A DNA stretch of 32,000 nt from Erysipelothrix larvae (GTDB lineage Bacteria; Bacillota_I; Bacilli_A; Erysipelotrichales; Erysipelotrichaceae). A program made the position numbers and the translations under genes. Positions within the stretch are counted from its first letter, which is position 1, and every line of letters begins with the position of its first letter. The DNA lies in the NCBI RefSeq assembly GCF_001545095.1, contig NZ_CP013213.1:750001-782000 (forward strand), in the 5' to 3' direction. The notes under the pieces were generated by a model, which ran no database searches, was not told the DNA's origin, and was given only the letters and a program-made list of their open reading frames with translations. Positions 9,155-18,400 of the stretch are shown here, one piece after another.

Positions 9155-10477
9155 ATGAGTACTGTTTCTTTTGAAACACAAAGTATCTTAAATAAAATAA
9201 ATGAAGCTGGATTTGAGGCGTATATCGTTGGTGGATTTGTTCGCGATATGTTGATGCAACATCGATCGTATGATATTGACATCTGTACCAATGCGCCGTA
9301 TCAAAGTCTTGTAGATTTATTTCAAGAAATGAATTGTATAACCAATGAAGCATACGGGTCCATTGCTTTTAAGCAAGGTGAAGAATCCTTCGACATCACA
9401 CATTTTCGAAAGGAATCCGATTATCGAGACAAACGCCATCCTTCACATGTGAAATTGGTTGATTCCATGATTGAAGATGTCTTTCGTCGTGATTTCACCA
9501 TCAATGCCTTATTATATCATCCCGACAAAGGGGTGATTGATTTAGTAGGCGGACTCAATGATTTACAAAAAAATCAATTGAAAACAGTCTGCGATCCATA
9601 CTTTAAGTTTTCTGAAGATCCACTGCGAATCGTGCGATTGTTCCGGTTTATGAGCCAATCAAATTTCTCTGTTGAACCAAACACCCTAGAAGCCGCTTTG
9701 TCACACATGCATCTACTGGGAGATTATAAGAAACATTGGACAAAAAATGAATTGTTTAAGATGCTAATGGGACAATATTTCTTAGATGTAAATACCGCAT
9801 ACCCGCAGTGTCTTTGTACCTTAATCCCAGAACTCAATCGTGCTCAAACGTTTAGTCAGGATAATCCCTATCACATCTATAATTTGTATGATCATACCTT
9901 GCATGTGATTCAAGGTGTTGAATCCATTGACTTAAAGATTGTGGCATTATTCCATGATTTAGGGAAATTGAATACGCGAATTTTTGTTGATAATCGTTCC
10001 CGTTTTCCAGGGCACGCTCAAGCGAGCTGTGAAATTGCGAAAGATTATCTTGAAGGATGGCATCTCGAATCAAAACTACGCAAATATATTTTAAACATGA
10101 TTGCAATGCATGATGTTGATTTGGGGGATTCACGCCAACAACTGGCATCTTTTATTGTCACACATGGCTATGAATTTATCGTGGATCTTGTGGCATTTAA
10201 GAAAAGTGATAATGGTGCGAAATCAGAAAAAGCAAATTATCAATTGGAACGCTGTGAAACGTATACAACGTTATTAGAAGAAATCAAACAACAGGGTGTT
10301 TTCTCCGTTAAAGATCTCGCAATCACAGGGACTGATCTTGTGAATCTACAAATCGCATCACACCAACGAAAAACAATCTTAAATTATTGTCTTGAAAAGG
10401 TATTGAGTCAAGAAATAGCGAATACCTATGACGCACTCATCGAAACAGTAAGGAGGGTTCAAAGTGGCATATATTGA
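9155..10477 (+). CDS. cca: CCA-adding tRNA nucleotidyltransferase with C-terminal HD domain
   Basis: PolyA_pol head motifs (GFEAYIVGGFVRDMLM, DIDICT, RRDFTINAL, EDPLRIVRLFRF) and an HD motif (HTLHV ... ALFHDLGK). Confidence 0.85.
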   Translation: MSTVSFETQSILNKINEAGFEAYIVGGFVRDMLMQHRSYDIDICTNAPYQSLVDLFQEMNCITNEAYGSIAFKQGEESFDITHFRKESDYRDKRHPSHVKLVDSMIEDVFRRDFTINALLYHPDKGVIDLVGGLNDLQKNQLKTVCDPYFKFSEDPLRIVRLFRFMSQSNFSVEPNTLEAALSHMHLLGDYKKHWTKNELFKMLMGQYFLDVNTAYPQCLCTLIPELNRAQTFSQDNPYHIYNLYDHTLHVIQGVESIDLKIVALFHDLGKLNTRIFVDNRSRFPGHAQASCEIAKDYLEGWHLESKLRKYILNMIAMHDVDLGDSRQQLASFIVTHGYEFIVDLVAFKKSDNGAKSEKANYQLERCETYTTLLEEIKQQGVFSVKDLAITGTDLVNLQIASHQRKTILNYCLEKVLSQEIANTYDALIETVRRVQSGIY

Positions 10478-11165
10478 TATTAAGAACATTCGTAAAACTT
10501 ATGAAATAGGTGGCGTGCAAATTCATGCAGTTTCAGGCATTAACATTCAAATTCAACGCGGCTCATTTAATGTCATCGTTGGACCTTCTGGAGCTGGGAA
10601 AACAACCGTCATGAATATTTTAGGCGGTATGGATACACCCACTTCAGGAACGGTTGTTGTGGATGGAAAAGGGATTACGCGCCAAAGTGATCGGGAACTC
10701 ACCAAATATCGACGCGACGATGTCGGGTTTGTGTTTCAAAGTTATAATTTAATACCCAACCTTACAGCGCTTGAGAATGTTGAACTGGCAACGCAGATAT
10801 GTAAAGATGCCAAAGACCCAATCGAAACTTTAGAACAAGTTGGGTTAGGTGATCGTCTCAATAACTTCCCATCACAAATGTCTGGGGGCGAACAACAACG
10901 GGTTGCGATTGCGCGTGCGATTGCGAAAAATCCAAAACTGTTGTTGTGTGATGAGCCAACAGGCGCATTGGATACTGAAACGGGAAAACAAGTTTTAAAA
11001 GTACTTCAAGAATGTGCACAAGTCTATGGCATGACCGTCGTGATTATCACCCATAATTCAATCATCACACAAATGGCAGATTGTGTCTTTGAAATAAAAA
11101 ATGGTCAAGTCGAAAACACCTATCATAACCAACACATTAAGCATGTGGATGAAATCTCATGGTAA
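10464..11165 (+). CDS. ABC transporter ATP-binding protein, MacB/LolD/FtsE-like
   Basis: GTG start 6 nt after AAGGAGGG, overlapping the cca 3' end by 14 nt. GPSGAGKTT, RRDDVGFVFQSYNLIP, MSGGEQQRVAIARA and LLLCDEPTGALD are present. Confidence 0.9.
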   Translation: MAYIDIKNIRKTYEIGGVQIHAVSGINIQIQRGSFNVIVGPSGAGKTTVMNILGGMDTPTSGTVVVDGKGITRQSDRELTKYRRDDVGFVFQSYNLIPNLTALENVELATQICKDAKDPIETLEQVGLGDRLNNFPSQMSGGEQQRVAIARAIAKNPKLLLCDEPTGALDTETGKQVLKVLQECAQVYGMTVVIITHNSIITQMADCVFEIKNGQVENTYHNQHIKHVDEISW

Positions 11166-14017
11166 AAGATACACTACGGGAAATAAAACGCAAACTCTTT
11201 CAATTCTTTGCGATCGCGATCATTATCTTTTTAGGTGTTGGATTTTATATAGGGATACAGGTCACAGGGTATAACATGCGCCTTACTGGTGACACGTATA
11301 TGGAAGACAAAAACATGTTCGATACTACCTTAATCCATACACTGGGTATTGATGAAACCATGATTGAGGACCTTCAAAAAGTACTTGGGGGTGAAGTGGT
11401 TGGGGTTGTTGAGGAAGACATGTTTGTGAAAGGCAATGCATTTGATGATGTCATGCATGTCATTGAATACTCAAATAACACCGCAGATGATCTCACACTC
11501 ATTGAAGGGAAACTTCCAACCCAACCCAAAGAAGTAGTTGTGGATTCATTAATGGCGGAGTTTTCGGGATTTAAACTAGGGGACACCTTAACCTTACACA
11601 AAGAATCTATTTTCGAATCACAAGATGTCACCATCGTAGGCTTTGTGGAATCGAGTCTTTATATGAACATGGAACGCGGTAATTCCAGCTTAGGCAGTGG
11701 AACAGTCCGTGGCTTTTTGTATGGAAGCCAACTCGGTAAAGCCAGTGAAACCCTTCTATATACCAGCGTTCGCATCCAAAATGCTACGGTAAAAAGTGTT
11801 GAAAATACACTGAATAAAGAAGGGGATGTACTCTCTGATGGGCGGTTTAATCGCTTAATTCAACCAAAAATTGATGAATTGGTGGATGCCCAACAAACCC
11901 TAAACGAGAATCAAGAAAAAGCAAATCGCGAATTCGCAAAGGCACAAGCACAACTAGACAGTGCTCAAGCACAACTAGACAGCGCAAAAGGTGAGCTAGA
12001 AAAAGGTTTGGATGATCTTGCAGGAATGACCCTTATTGGCTCACTGGATGAAAGACTCATGATTGTGAAAGGGAACTATCAACGCGCTAAAACGCTCATT
12101 GAAGAAAGCATTGTCCGCATTGAAACGCAAATCGAAACCGTAGAAAGTAATGAAGTCAAAGAGTTTTTGAGTGTTGAACTTAAACAAGCAAAACAAGAAC
12201 TAAACACAATTAATGCGCAATACGGTGTGGGATTGAAAGAAGTTGAAGCTGGGATTAGTGCGTATCATACCGGTGAGGCTCAACTTGAAACCAACCGCAC
12301 ACAGTTTGAAACCGAAAAACTAAACACTCAAAAACAATTGGAAAATGGGCAGGCCAAGATTGATGAGGGTTATAAGCAAATTGAAAAGACAGCACATGGA
12401 AGTTTTATTGTTAGAACCCGACAAGAATCCATCATAGGCTATCGTGAATTTTATGATGACAGTTATCGTATTGAAAATATTGGAAAAGTGTTCCCTGTGA
12501 TTTTCTTTGGTGTCGCCATCTTAGTAACCTTAAGCACCATCAGCCGGATGATTGATGAATCAAGAATGCAGATTGGGGTGTACAAAGCACTGGGTTATTC
12601 GTCCCTCAAAATTGCCATGAAATATGTGTTGTTTTCAGGCTTTGCATGGATTATTGGAAGCATTGGTGGCATGTTTTTTGGCTTCATGTTTATTCCAAGC
12701 ATCATCTATAATGCGTATCGGATTATGTATCAGACCCCCGATTTAGTGGCAGGGTTTGTGTGGCAGTATGCATCCCTTCCGCTCTTTTTGAGTTTTTTAA
12801 GTTCAGTGGGTGTTGCTTTTTATAAAAGCATGCGAACCACCACTGAAAAATCCGCAAACCTTCTACGCCCCTTGGCACCAAAACAAGGACAACGCGTTTT
12901 CTTAGAACGGATCCCATCACTTTGGAATCGTATGTCATTTCTTGTGAAAGTCAGCATTCGAAACTTATTTAGAAACAAAACCCGATTCTTAATGACAATC
13001 ATTGGTATTGGGGGATGCTGTGGACTGTTAATTACAGGGTTTGGACTCAAACACTCAATCTACTCAATTGTTGATTTACAATTTGATAAAATCATCAATT
13101 ACGATGGCATCGCAGCCTATGATGCATTTGATATTGATCCTGCCTTATTTACAGATTATGTAACCTCATATGTTACAAGTATCAAGGTTGATAACAGTGA
13201 TGTATCTTTATATGCCTCGGATGATTTAGAACATTTGGGCGATTTTATTGTATTTAACGATATTGAAACCAAAACCCCTGTTGAAATCGATGAAAATTCA
13301 GTGCTTGTTTCTCAAAAACTGGCAAGTTTATTGGGCGTAAAACGAGGCGATGCGGTTGATTTTACGTATGAAGGGCAATCAATTTCACTTAAAATCACCA
13401 ATATTGTTGAAAACTATGCCAATCATTACATCTATTTGAATTATAATATGTATGAGTCTGTCATGAATGGGACTGAACCCTCAAACTTTGTGACCTTTAA
13501 AACAGATTTGGATTCGAAGGATGTTGGTTCAAAACTTCTTGAAAGCAGTCATGTGCTCACCGTACAATTCTTAGAAGATATTTCAGAAACCTATCGAGAA
13601 ATGATGGGAAGTTTTGATATTGTCATTGTCGTGATTGTTGCCTGTGCCTTGGCTTTAGAAGTTATTGTGTTGATGAATTTAATTTCGATGAATATGAGTG
13701 AGCGTCAAAAAGAACTGGCAACCTTAAAAGTACTGGGCTTTTATCCAAAAGAACTGGCGTCTTATGTCTTGCGAGAAAACATCATTCTCACGCTGATTTC
13801 ATTGGTTTTTGGCGTGATATTTGGACGCTTCTTACACCTATTTGTGGTAGAAGGTGCAGAAATTGATAAGGTTTTATTTAATCGAGAAATTCTATGGTCC
13901 AGCTATGCTTTGGCCATTGCCATAACTTTTGGATTATCCATATTGCTGAATTTATTCATGGCACGAAAAGCAAACCATGTTAATATGAGTGAGGCACTCA
14001 AAACATTTGATTCGTAG
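11159..14017 (+). CDS. FtsX/MacB-type ABC permease with two FtsX modules and a large extracellular domain containing a long coiled coil
   Basis: ATGGTAA overlap with the ATPase gene. TM1 is FFAIAIIIFLGVGFYIGIQV. A roughly 400-aa extracytoplasmic region contains a MacB_PCD-like start and heptad-rich sequence. Two 3-TM FtsX blocks follow, each preceded by a KALGY or LKVLGF motif. Confidence 0.85.
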   Translation: MVKDTLREIKRKLFQFFAIAIIIFLGVGFYIGIQVTGYNMRLTGDTYMEDKNMFDTTLIHTLGIDETMIEDLQKVLGGEVVGVVEEDMFVKGNAFDDVMHVIEYSNNTADDLTLIEGKLPTQPKEVVVDSLMAEFSGFKLGDTLTLHKESIFESQDVTIVGFVESSLYMNMERGNSSLGSGTVRGFLYGSQLGKASETLLYTSVRIQNATVKSVENTLNKEGDVLSDGRFNRLIQPKIDELVDAQQTLNENQEKANREFAKAQAQLDSAQAQLDSAKGELEKGLDDLAGMTLIGSLDERLMIVKGNYQRAKTLIEESIVRIETQIETVESNEVKEFLSVELKQAKQELNTINAQYGVGLKEVEAGISAYHTGEAQLETNRTQFETEKLNTQKQLENGQAKIDEGYKQIEKTAHGSFIVRTRQESIIGYREFYDDSYRIENIGKVFPVIFFGVAILVTLSTISRMIDESRMQIGVYKALGYSSLKIAMKYVLFSGFAWIIGSIGGMFFGFMFIPSIIYNAYRIMYQTPDLVAGFVWQYASLPLFLSFLSSVGVAFYKSMRTTTEKSANLLRPLAPKQGQRVFLERIPSLWNRMSFLVKVSIRNLFRNKTRFLMTIIGIGGCCGLLITGFGLKHSIYSIVDLQFDKIINYDGIAAYDAFDIDPALFTDYVTSYVTSIKVDNSDVSLYASDDLEHLGDFIVFNDIETKTPVEIDENSVLVSQKLASLLGVKRGDAVDFTYEGQSISLKITNIVENYANHYIYLNYNMYESVMNGTEPSNFVTFKTDLDSKDVGSKLLESSHVLTVQFLEDISETYREMMGSFDIVIVVIVACALALEVIVLMNLISMNMSERQKELATLKVLGFYPKELASYVLRENIILTLISLVFGVIFGRFLHLFVVEGAEIDKVLFNREILWSSYALAIAITFGLSILLNLFMARKANHVNMSEALKTFDS
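11942..11983 (+). repeat. 21-bp tandem duplication (x2) inside the permease coiled-coil region
   Basis: gcacaagcacaactagacagt followed by gctcaagcacaactagacagc, encoding AQAQLDS twice (exactly one heptad). Confidence 0.8.
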
Positions 14018-14033
14018 AAAAGGGAGGATCTGT

Positions 14034-14885
14034 ATGGTTGAAATTCAGAAGAGAATGCGTATTCTGTTTGCGGTATTTGTTTGTATTGTAATTTTTTTGA
14101 TGGGTTCAATGTTTCGAAATTTTGATAGTATTGTGTCAAGCTTTGTCATGACATTCATACTTTTCATTGGCTTTGCGATCCTATGGACGATGATGTCCAA
14201 ACAATTAACACGATTGTATCGTGAACGGATCATCCGTGTGGCCCTTGAAGAAACCTTTGATCACTTTGTCTATGAACCCGAGCAAGGATTTTCAAAACAG
14301 ACCATCTATGATACCAACCTCTTTCCAAAAGGCAACACCTACACCAGCAGTGATTTAGTCCGCCTTCAATTAAATGGAAACACCATTGAAATTGCGGATG
14401 TCAAGATTGAAGATGTTACTACAGATGATAATGGAACCCATGTCTCAACGTATTTTACGGGTAAATGGATGATGATGAAGTCCAAAAAACCCATTGAATC
14501 AAAATTGTATATTATTGATCGTGATAACCGAAATTCAAGGCCGAAGGGATGGCTGTTTAAAGGCAAAGAGCTTGAGAAAGTTTCGATGGAAAGTATTGCC
14601 TTTAATAAGCAATTTACAGTCTATGCTTCAAACCCCCATGATGCATTTTATGTCTTAACACCACAAGTAATTCAAGGGGTGATTAATCTGGATGACCATA
14701 ATTTATCTGTGTATCAAGATAAAGATAAAACACATGTAGCAGCCAGTGGATCCAAACCGTTTGTGAATGTTACCATTTTCTCAAATCTCGATGAAATCAA
14801 TGAACGAAATCGGGTGAAGCAACAGTTTGAAACGATTTTAGAATTTATTAAGTTTTATGGAATAGAAAGCGAAGGTGAGTCATAA
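14034..14885 (+). CDS. DUF3137-like membrane protein: two N-terminal TM helices plus a soluble domain of about 220 aa
   Basis: ATG at 14034 lies 6 nt after AGGGAGGA and 16 nt after the permease stop. TM segments are ILFAVFVCIVIFLMGSMF and FVMTFILFIGFAILWTMM. The family call is from memory of DUF3137 features (F.G.W ... FNKQF.VY ... A.Y.LTP) and its known pairing with LemA. Confidence 0.6.
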   Translation: MVEIQKRMRILFAVFVCIVIFLMGSMFRNFDSIVSSFVMTFILFIGFAILWTMMSKQLTRLYRERIIRVALEETFDHFVYEPEQGFSKQTIYDTNLFPKGNTYTSSDLVRLQLNGNTIEIADVKIEDVTTDDNGTHVSTYFTGKWMMMKSKKPIESKLYIIDRDNRNSRPKGWLFKGKELEKVSMESIAFNKQFTVYASNPHDAFYVLTPQVIQGVINLDDHNLSVYQDKDKTHVAASGSKPFVNVTIFSNLDEINERNRVKQQFETILEFIKFYGIESEGES

Positions 14886-15421
14886 TGGGATGGCTTTACA
14901 TTGTGATTCCACTGGGAATCCTATCAATCTATATCATCAGTGTTTTCAATCAAATTGTACGCTATGATGCGAAAATCCTTGAGTCATTTTCAAACATTGA
15001 TGTGGCATTATCAAAACGATATCATGTATTAACCCAACTCTTCGATGTTGCGAAAGGGTATGCGAAGTATGAACGCGAAACGATACTGGACATTATATCC
15101 CTTCGCAAGGGATCAAACCTTGAAGAAAAAGCACAGGCTGAAGGACAGCTTAATCATGGGTTTGAAAGAATCGTTGCACTTGCTGAAACCTATCCTGATT
15201 TAAAAGCTGACCGATTGTTTAAAAATCTTCAAGATGCTGCAAAGGATGCTGAAGAACACCTTCAAGCAGCACGAAGGCTCTATAATTCAAATGTCACATT
15301 GTATAACCAACGCATTAAAACTTTTCCTGGACTCTTAATAGCAAGCAACATGAAAACAACGCATTATGATTTATATAAAGCACCAGAATTTGAGACCCAT
15401 AATGTCAATTTAAATCTCTAG
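14885..15421 (+). CDS. lemA: LemA family protein
   Basis: N-terminal TM, then the LemA pattern YPDLKADRLFKNLQDAAKDAEEHLQAARRLYNSNVTLYNQRIKTFPG. The start overlaps the upstream stop by 1 nt (TAATG). Confidence 0.85.
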   Translation: MGWLYIVIPLGILSIYIISVFNQIVRYDAKILESFSNIDVALSKRYHVLTQLFDVAKGYAKYERETILDIISLRKGSNLEEKAQAEGQLNHGFERIVALAETYPDLKADRLFKNLQDAAKDAEEHLQAARRLYNSNVTLYNQRIKTFPGLLIASNMKTTHYDLYKAPEFETHNVNLNL

Positions 15422-15504
15422 CTCATTTAAACAGTGTGCATCGCTTGTTAATAAGAAGTGTAGACTGTTTGTTTATATTTAAAATGAATCAAAGGAGGTC
15501 TGTG

Positions 15505-16227
15505 ATGAAACAGTATTTTGTATTAACGGATGTTCACGGTCGACTCCCCACTTTAAACATGTATGAAGAACGGGGATTTGACATCACAAATCCACACCAT
15601 TTTATTGTATGTTTGGGTGATTATTTTGATCGTGGCATTCAAAACCGAAGCGTGTTGCGTTTTTTTAGTCAACTTAAACGAAAGTTGGGGGACCGATGCA
15701 TGCTAATTTATGGCAATCATGATCAATACTTCATGGATTTTGTCAGTGTGATTGAAGGAAGCTGTGTGATTGGACAACCCATAGATATTCAATGGCCCCA
15801 ATTTGAACGGTGGATGTTTAATGGTGGCGCATCAACCCTAAAAGAACTCTTTGGTTCGATGAATGGGAAATATACCCTTACCAAACAAAAAAATCTTCAA
15901 AAACTTAAAGAATTTGGGACACTGCTCCAACCGTATTATGAAACAGATGCTTATATTTTTACCCATGCAAGCATCAATGAACAGCGTGAAGTGGATACCT
16001 GGGATCGTGATTTTATCCATCATGGTATAAACACAAACAAGACCGTACTCATTGGTCATACACCTCATATATACCTTGAAGGGGTCTGTGACTTTGTGAC
16101 GTGTAATGTTTTGAAGGGCACCCCTTTTACGTATAGTTATGCTCAATCAAAATCAAAAACTTTGTGCAATGTATGGAATATTGACAACGGTCAAGGCAAC
16201 AATCTTGCAGTCTTGGTGGAAGATTGA
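15505..16227 (+). CDS. PPP-family metallophosphoesterase (lambda phosphatase / PrpE / ApaH-like)
   Basis: ATG at 15505 follows AAAGGAGG. Motifs DVHG, GDYFDRG, GNHD, THA and GHTP occur in canonical order. No signal peptide. Confidence 0.8.
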   Translation: MKQYFVLTDVHGRLPTLNMYEERGFDITNPHHFIVCLGDYFDRGIQNRSVLRFFSQLKRKLGDRCMLIYGNHDQYFMDFVSVIEGSCVIGQPIDIQWPQFERWMFNGGASTLKELFGSMNGKYTLTKQKNLQKLKEFGTLLQPYYETDAYIFTHASINEQREVDTWDRDFIHHGINTNKTVLIGHTPHIYLEGVCDFVTCNVLKGTPFTYSYAQSKSKTLCNVWNIDNGQGNNLAVLVED

Positions 16228-16278
16228 GAAGAAATGCACTTTATATTCACTTTTCGTCAGATATTTTATTCTCATTCG

Positions 16279-16307
16279 TTGGTAGAAAATGTGTTTTATG
16301 GTAGAAT
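16279..16307 (+). promoter_or_regulatory. putative sigma-A promoter of pepT
   Basis: TTGGTA, 17 nt, TAGAAT with a TGn extension, 26 nt upstream of the pepT ATG. Confidence 0.55.
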
Positions 16308-16332
16308 TAACTAGATAATGAGGTGACAGATT

Positions 16333-17568
16333 ATGAAAAATGTTTTAATTGAAAGATTGATTCGATATTGCAAAGTACACACACGTTCAGATAGTGAATC
16401 CACAACGGTTCCTTCAACAAAGATCCAATTTGATTTAGCACATATCCTAGTAGATGAGTGCAAGGCGATTGGACTTGAAGATGTAACCATGGATAAAACT
16501 GGCATTGTGTATGCAACCCTTCCTTCAAATATTGAAGAAGACGTACCAACAATTGGCTTTATTGCCCATATGGATACAGCTGATTTTAAAGGAGATGATG
16601 TGAAACCACGCATCATTGAAAACTATGACGGCAAAGACATTGTCCTAAATGAAGCATTAGGCATTGTAACTGCTGTGGATGTTTTTCCAAATCTTAAAGA
16701 TTATGTTGGGAAAACGCTCATCGTTACCGATGGCACAACACTTTTAGGTGCTGATGATAAAGCAGGGATTGCGAACATCATGACAGCGATGGAATTCCTA
16801 ATTCAACACCCAGAAATTAAACATGGTAAAGTACGTGTCGCATTCACAATTGATGAAGAAATTGGGACTGGAGCGGATTCCTTTGATGTTGAAGGATTTG
16901 GAGCTCAGTTTGCTTATACAGTGGATGGCAGTCGTGCGGGTGAAATGGAATATGAAACCTTTAATGCTGCGGGTGCACGCATTACCTTTACAGGGGTAAG
17001 TGTTCATCCAGGGACTGCAAAGGATACTATGGTCCATGCCGCAATCTTAATTAATGAATTTATAAACCAACTTCCTGAGAAAGATCGTCCGGAACATACA
17101 GAACGCTATGAAGGCTTCTTTATGATTACAGATATGGCATCCACGATTGAAAATGGACGCGTTGACATGATTATTCGTGATCATGATAAAGCTAGCTTTG
17201 AAGCGCGTAAAAAACGGCTCATCGATATTCAGGATGCAATGAACGCGAAATACGGTGCAACCCGTGTTTCTGTAGACTTAAAAGATCAATACTACAATAT
17301 GCGTGATGTGCTTGAAGAAAACATGCACGTTGTTGATTTAGCGCGCACAGCAATTGAAAACATTGGCTTGACACCAATTGTTGAACCAGTTCGTGGTGGA
17401 ACCGATGGATCACGGCTTTCATATATGGGACTTCCAACACCTAACTTGTTCACAGGTGGGGAAAACTTCCATGGGAAACATGAGCTTGCGGTTGTTGAAT
17501 CGATGGAACAAAGTACTCAAACAATTTTAGAAATTATTAGATTAAACGCGTGTAAGCAAGGTGAGTGA
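16333..17568 (+). CDS. pepT: peptidase T (tripeptide aminopeptidase, M20B)
   Basis: IGFIAHMDTADF, LLGADDKAGIA, FTIDEEIG and RGGTDGS motifs. Confidence 0.92.
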   Translation: MKNVLIERLIRYCKVHTRSDSESTTVPSTKIQFDLAHILVDECKAIGLEDVTMDKTGIVYATLPSNIEEDVPTIGFIAHMDTADFKGDDVKPRIIENYDGKDIVLNEALGIVTAVDVFPNLKDYVGKTLIVTDGTTLLGADDKAGIANIMTAMEFLIQHPEIKHGKVRVAFTIDEEIGTGADSFDVEGFGAQFAYTVDGSRAGEMEYETFNAAGARITFTGVSVHPGTAKDTMVHAAILINEFINQLPEKDRPEHTERYEGFFMITDMASTIENGRVDMIIRDHDKASFEARKKRLIDIQDAMNAKYGATRVSVDLKDQYYNMRDVLEENMHVVDLARTAIENIGLTPIVEPVRGGTDGSRLSYMGLPTPNLFTGGENFHGKHELAVVESMEQSTQTILEIIRLNACKQGE

Positions 17569-17572
17569 TATT

Positions 17573-18400
17573 TTGAAACAGATTGAGATTAAAAATCTTG
17601 TATTTGGATATGAAGAAGATGTTCCTGTTTTGAAGCATGTCTCAATGTCAATCGAAAAAGGTCAATATGTATCCATTATTGGCCATAACGGAAGTGGTAA
17701 AAGTACCATTGCGAAATTATTAATTGGCTTAATGGAACCGCAACACGGTTCCATTCATATTGATGGTGAACTACTATCAACTGAAAATGTTTATGATATT
17801 CGACAAAAAATTGCGATTGTGTTCCAAAACCCTGACAATCAGTTTATTGGTTCTACAGTACGCGATGACATCGCTTTTGGACTTGAAAACCGTCGCGTTG
17901 ACCCTAAGGAAATGGATGCGATCATCCAACACTATGCCCATGAGGTAAACATGACTGAGTATCTTGATCATGAACCCACTAAACTTAGTGGGGGTCAAAA
18001 GCAACGTGTTGCGATTGCGGGAGTGCTCTCAATGAACCCCGAAGTGCTCATCTTAGATGAAGCAACCAGCATGCTTGATCCTAAAGGACGTAAAGAGGTC
18101 AATGAACTGGTTCATGAACTGCATGATGTGAATGACATGACCATTTTATCCATATCCCATGATATTGAAGAAGTAGCGATGAGCGACTATGTTTTCGTTA
18201 TGAACGAAGGGGAAGTCGTACTTCAAGGAACCCCTCAAGAAGTGCTCTTGCATTTTGATGCGCTTCAAGAAATTGGACTGGATGTACCTTTTAGCGTGCA
18301 ATTTTATATGAGTCTTAAAGAACAGGGAATCGACGTTGATTCACCCTATGATTTAGAAGGGATGGTTGATGCATTATGGCAATTAAATTCGAACAAGTAA
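17573..18400 (+). CDS. ecfA1: ECF transporter energy-coupling ATPase A1
   Basis: GHNGSGKST, LSGGQKQRVAIAG and LILDEATSMLD motifs. I prefer the TTG at 17573 (9-10 nt after AAGGTGAG) to the ORF-track GTG at 17561, which lacks an SD. The start is uncertain between the two. Confidence 0.85.
   Translation: MKQIEIKNLVFGYEEDVPVLKHVSMSIEKGQYVSIIGHNGSGKSTIAKLLIGLMEPQHGSIHIDGELLSTENVYDIRQKIAIVFQNPDNQFIGSTVRDDIAFGLENRRVDPKEMDAIIQHYAHEVNMTEYLDHEPTKLSGGQKQRVAIAGVLSMNPEVLILDEATSMLDPKGRKEVNELVHELHDVNDMTILSISHDIEEVAMSDYVFVMNEGEVVLQGTPQEVLLHFDALQEIGLDVPFSVQFYMSLKEQGIDVDSPYDLEGMVDALWQLNSNK

Noticed and set aside
9081-9353. A 90-aa - strand ORF spanning the cca start region.
   Set aside because: It overlaps the cca promoter and N-terminus, has no RBS and contains no recognisable motif. 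It is probably a shadow ORF.
13989-14033. Upstream extension of the DUF3137-like ORF (MRHSKHLIRRKGRIC).
   Set aside because: It overlaps the permease 3' end. The strong AGGGAGGA RBS serves the ATG at 14034.
15430-15472. AAACAGT ... ACTGTTT inverted repeat after lemA as a terminator.
   Set aside because: The stem is 7 bp with a loop of about 29 nt and no proper T-run, which is too weak to call.
15436-15504. Upstream extension of the phosphoesterase ORF (starts with an alternative codon).
   Set aside because: AAAGGAGG sits directly before the ATG at 15505, and the DVHG motif follows within 10 residues, as is typical.
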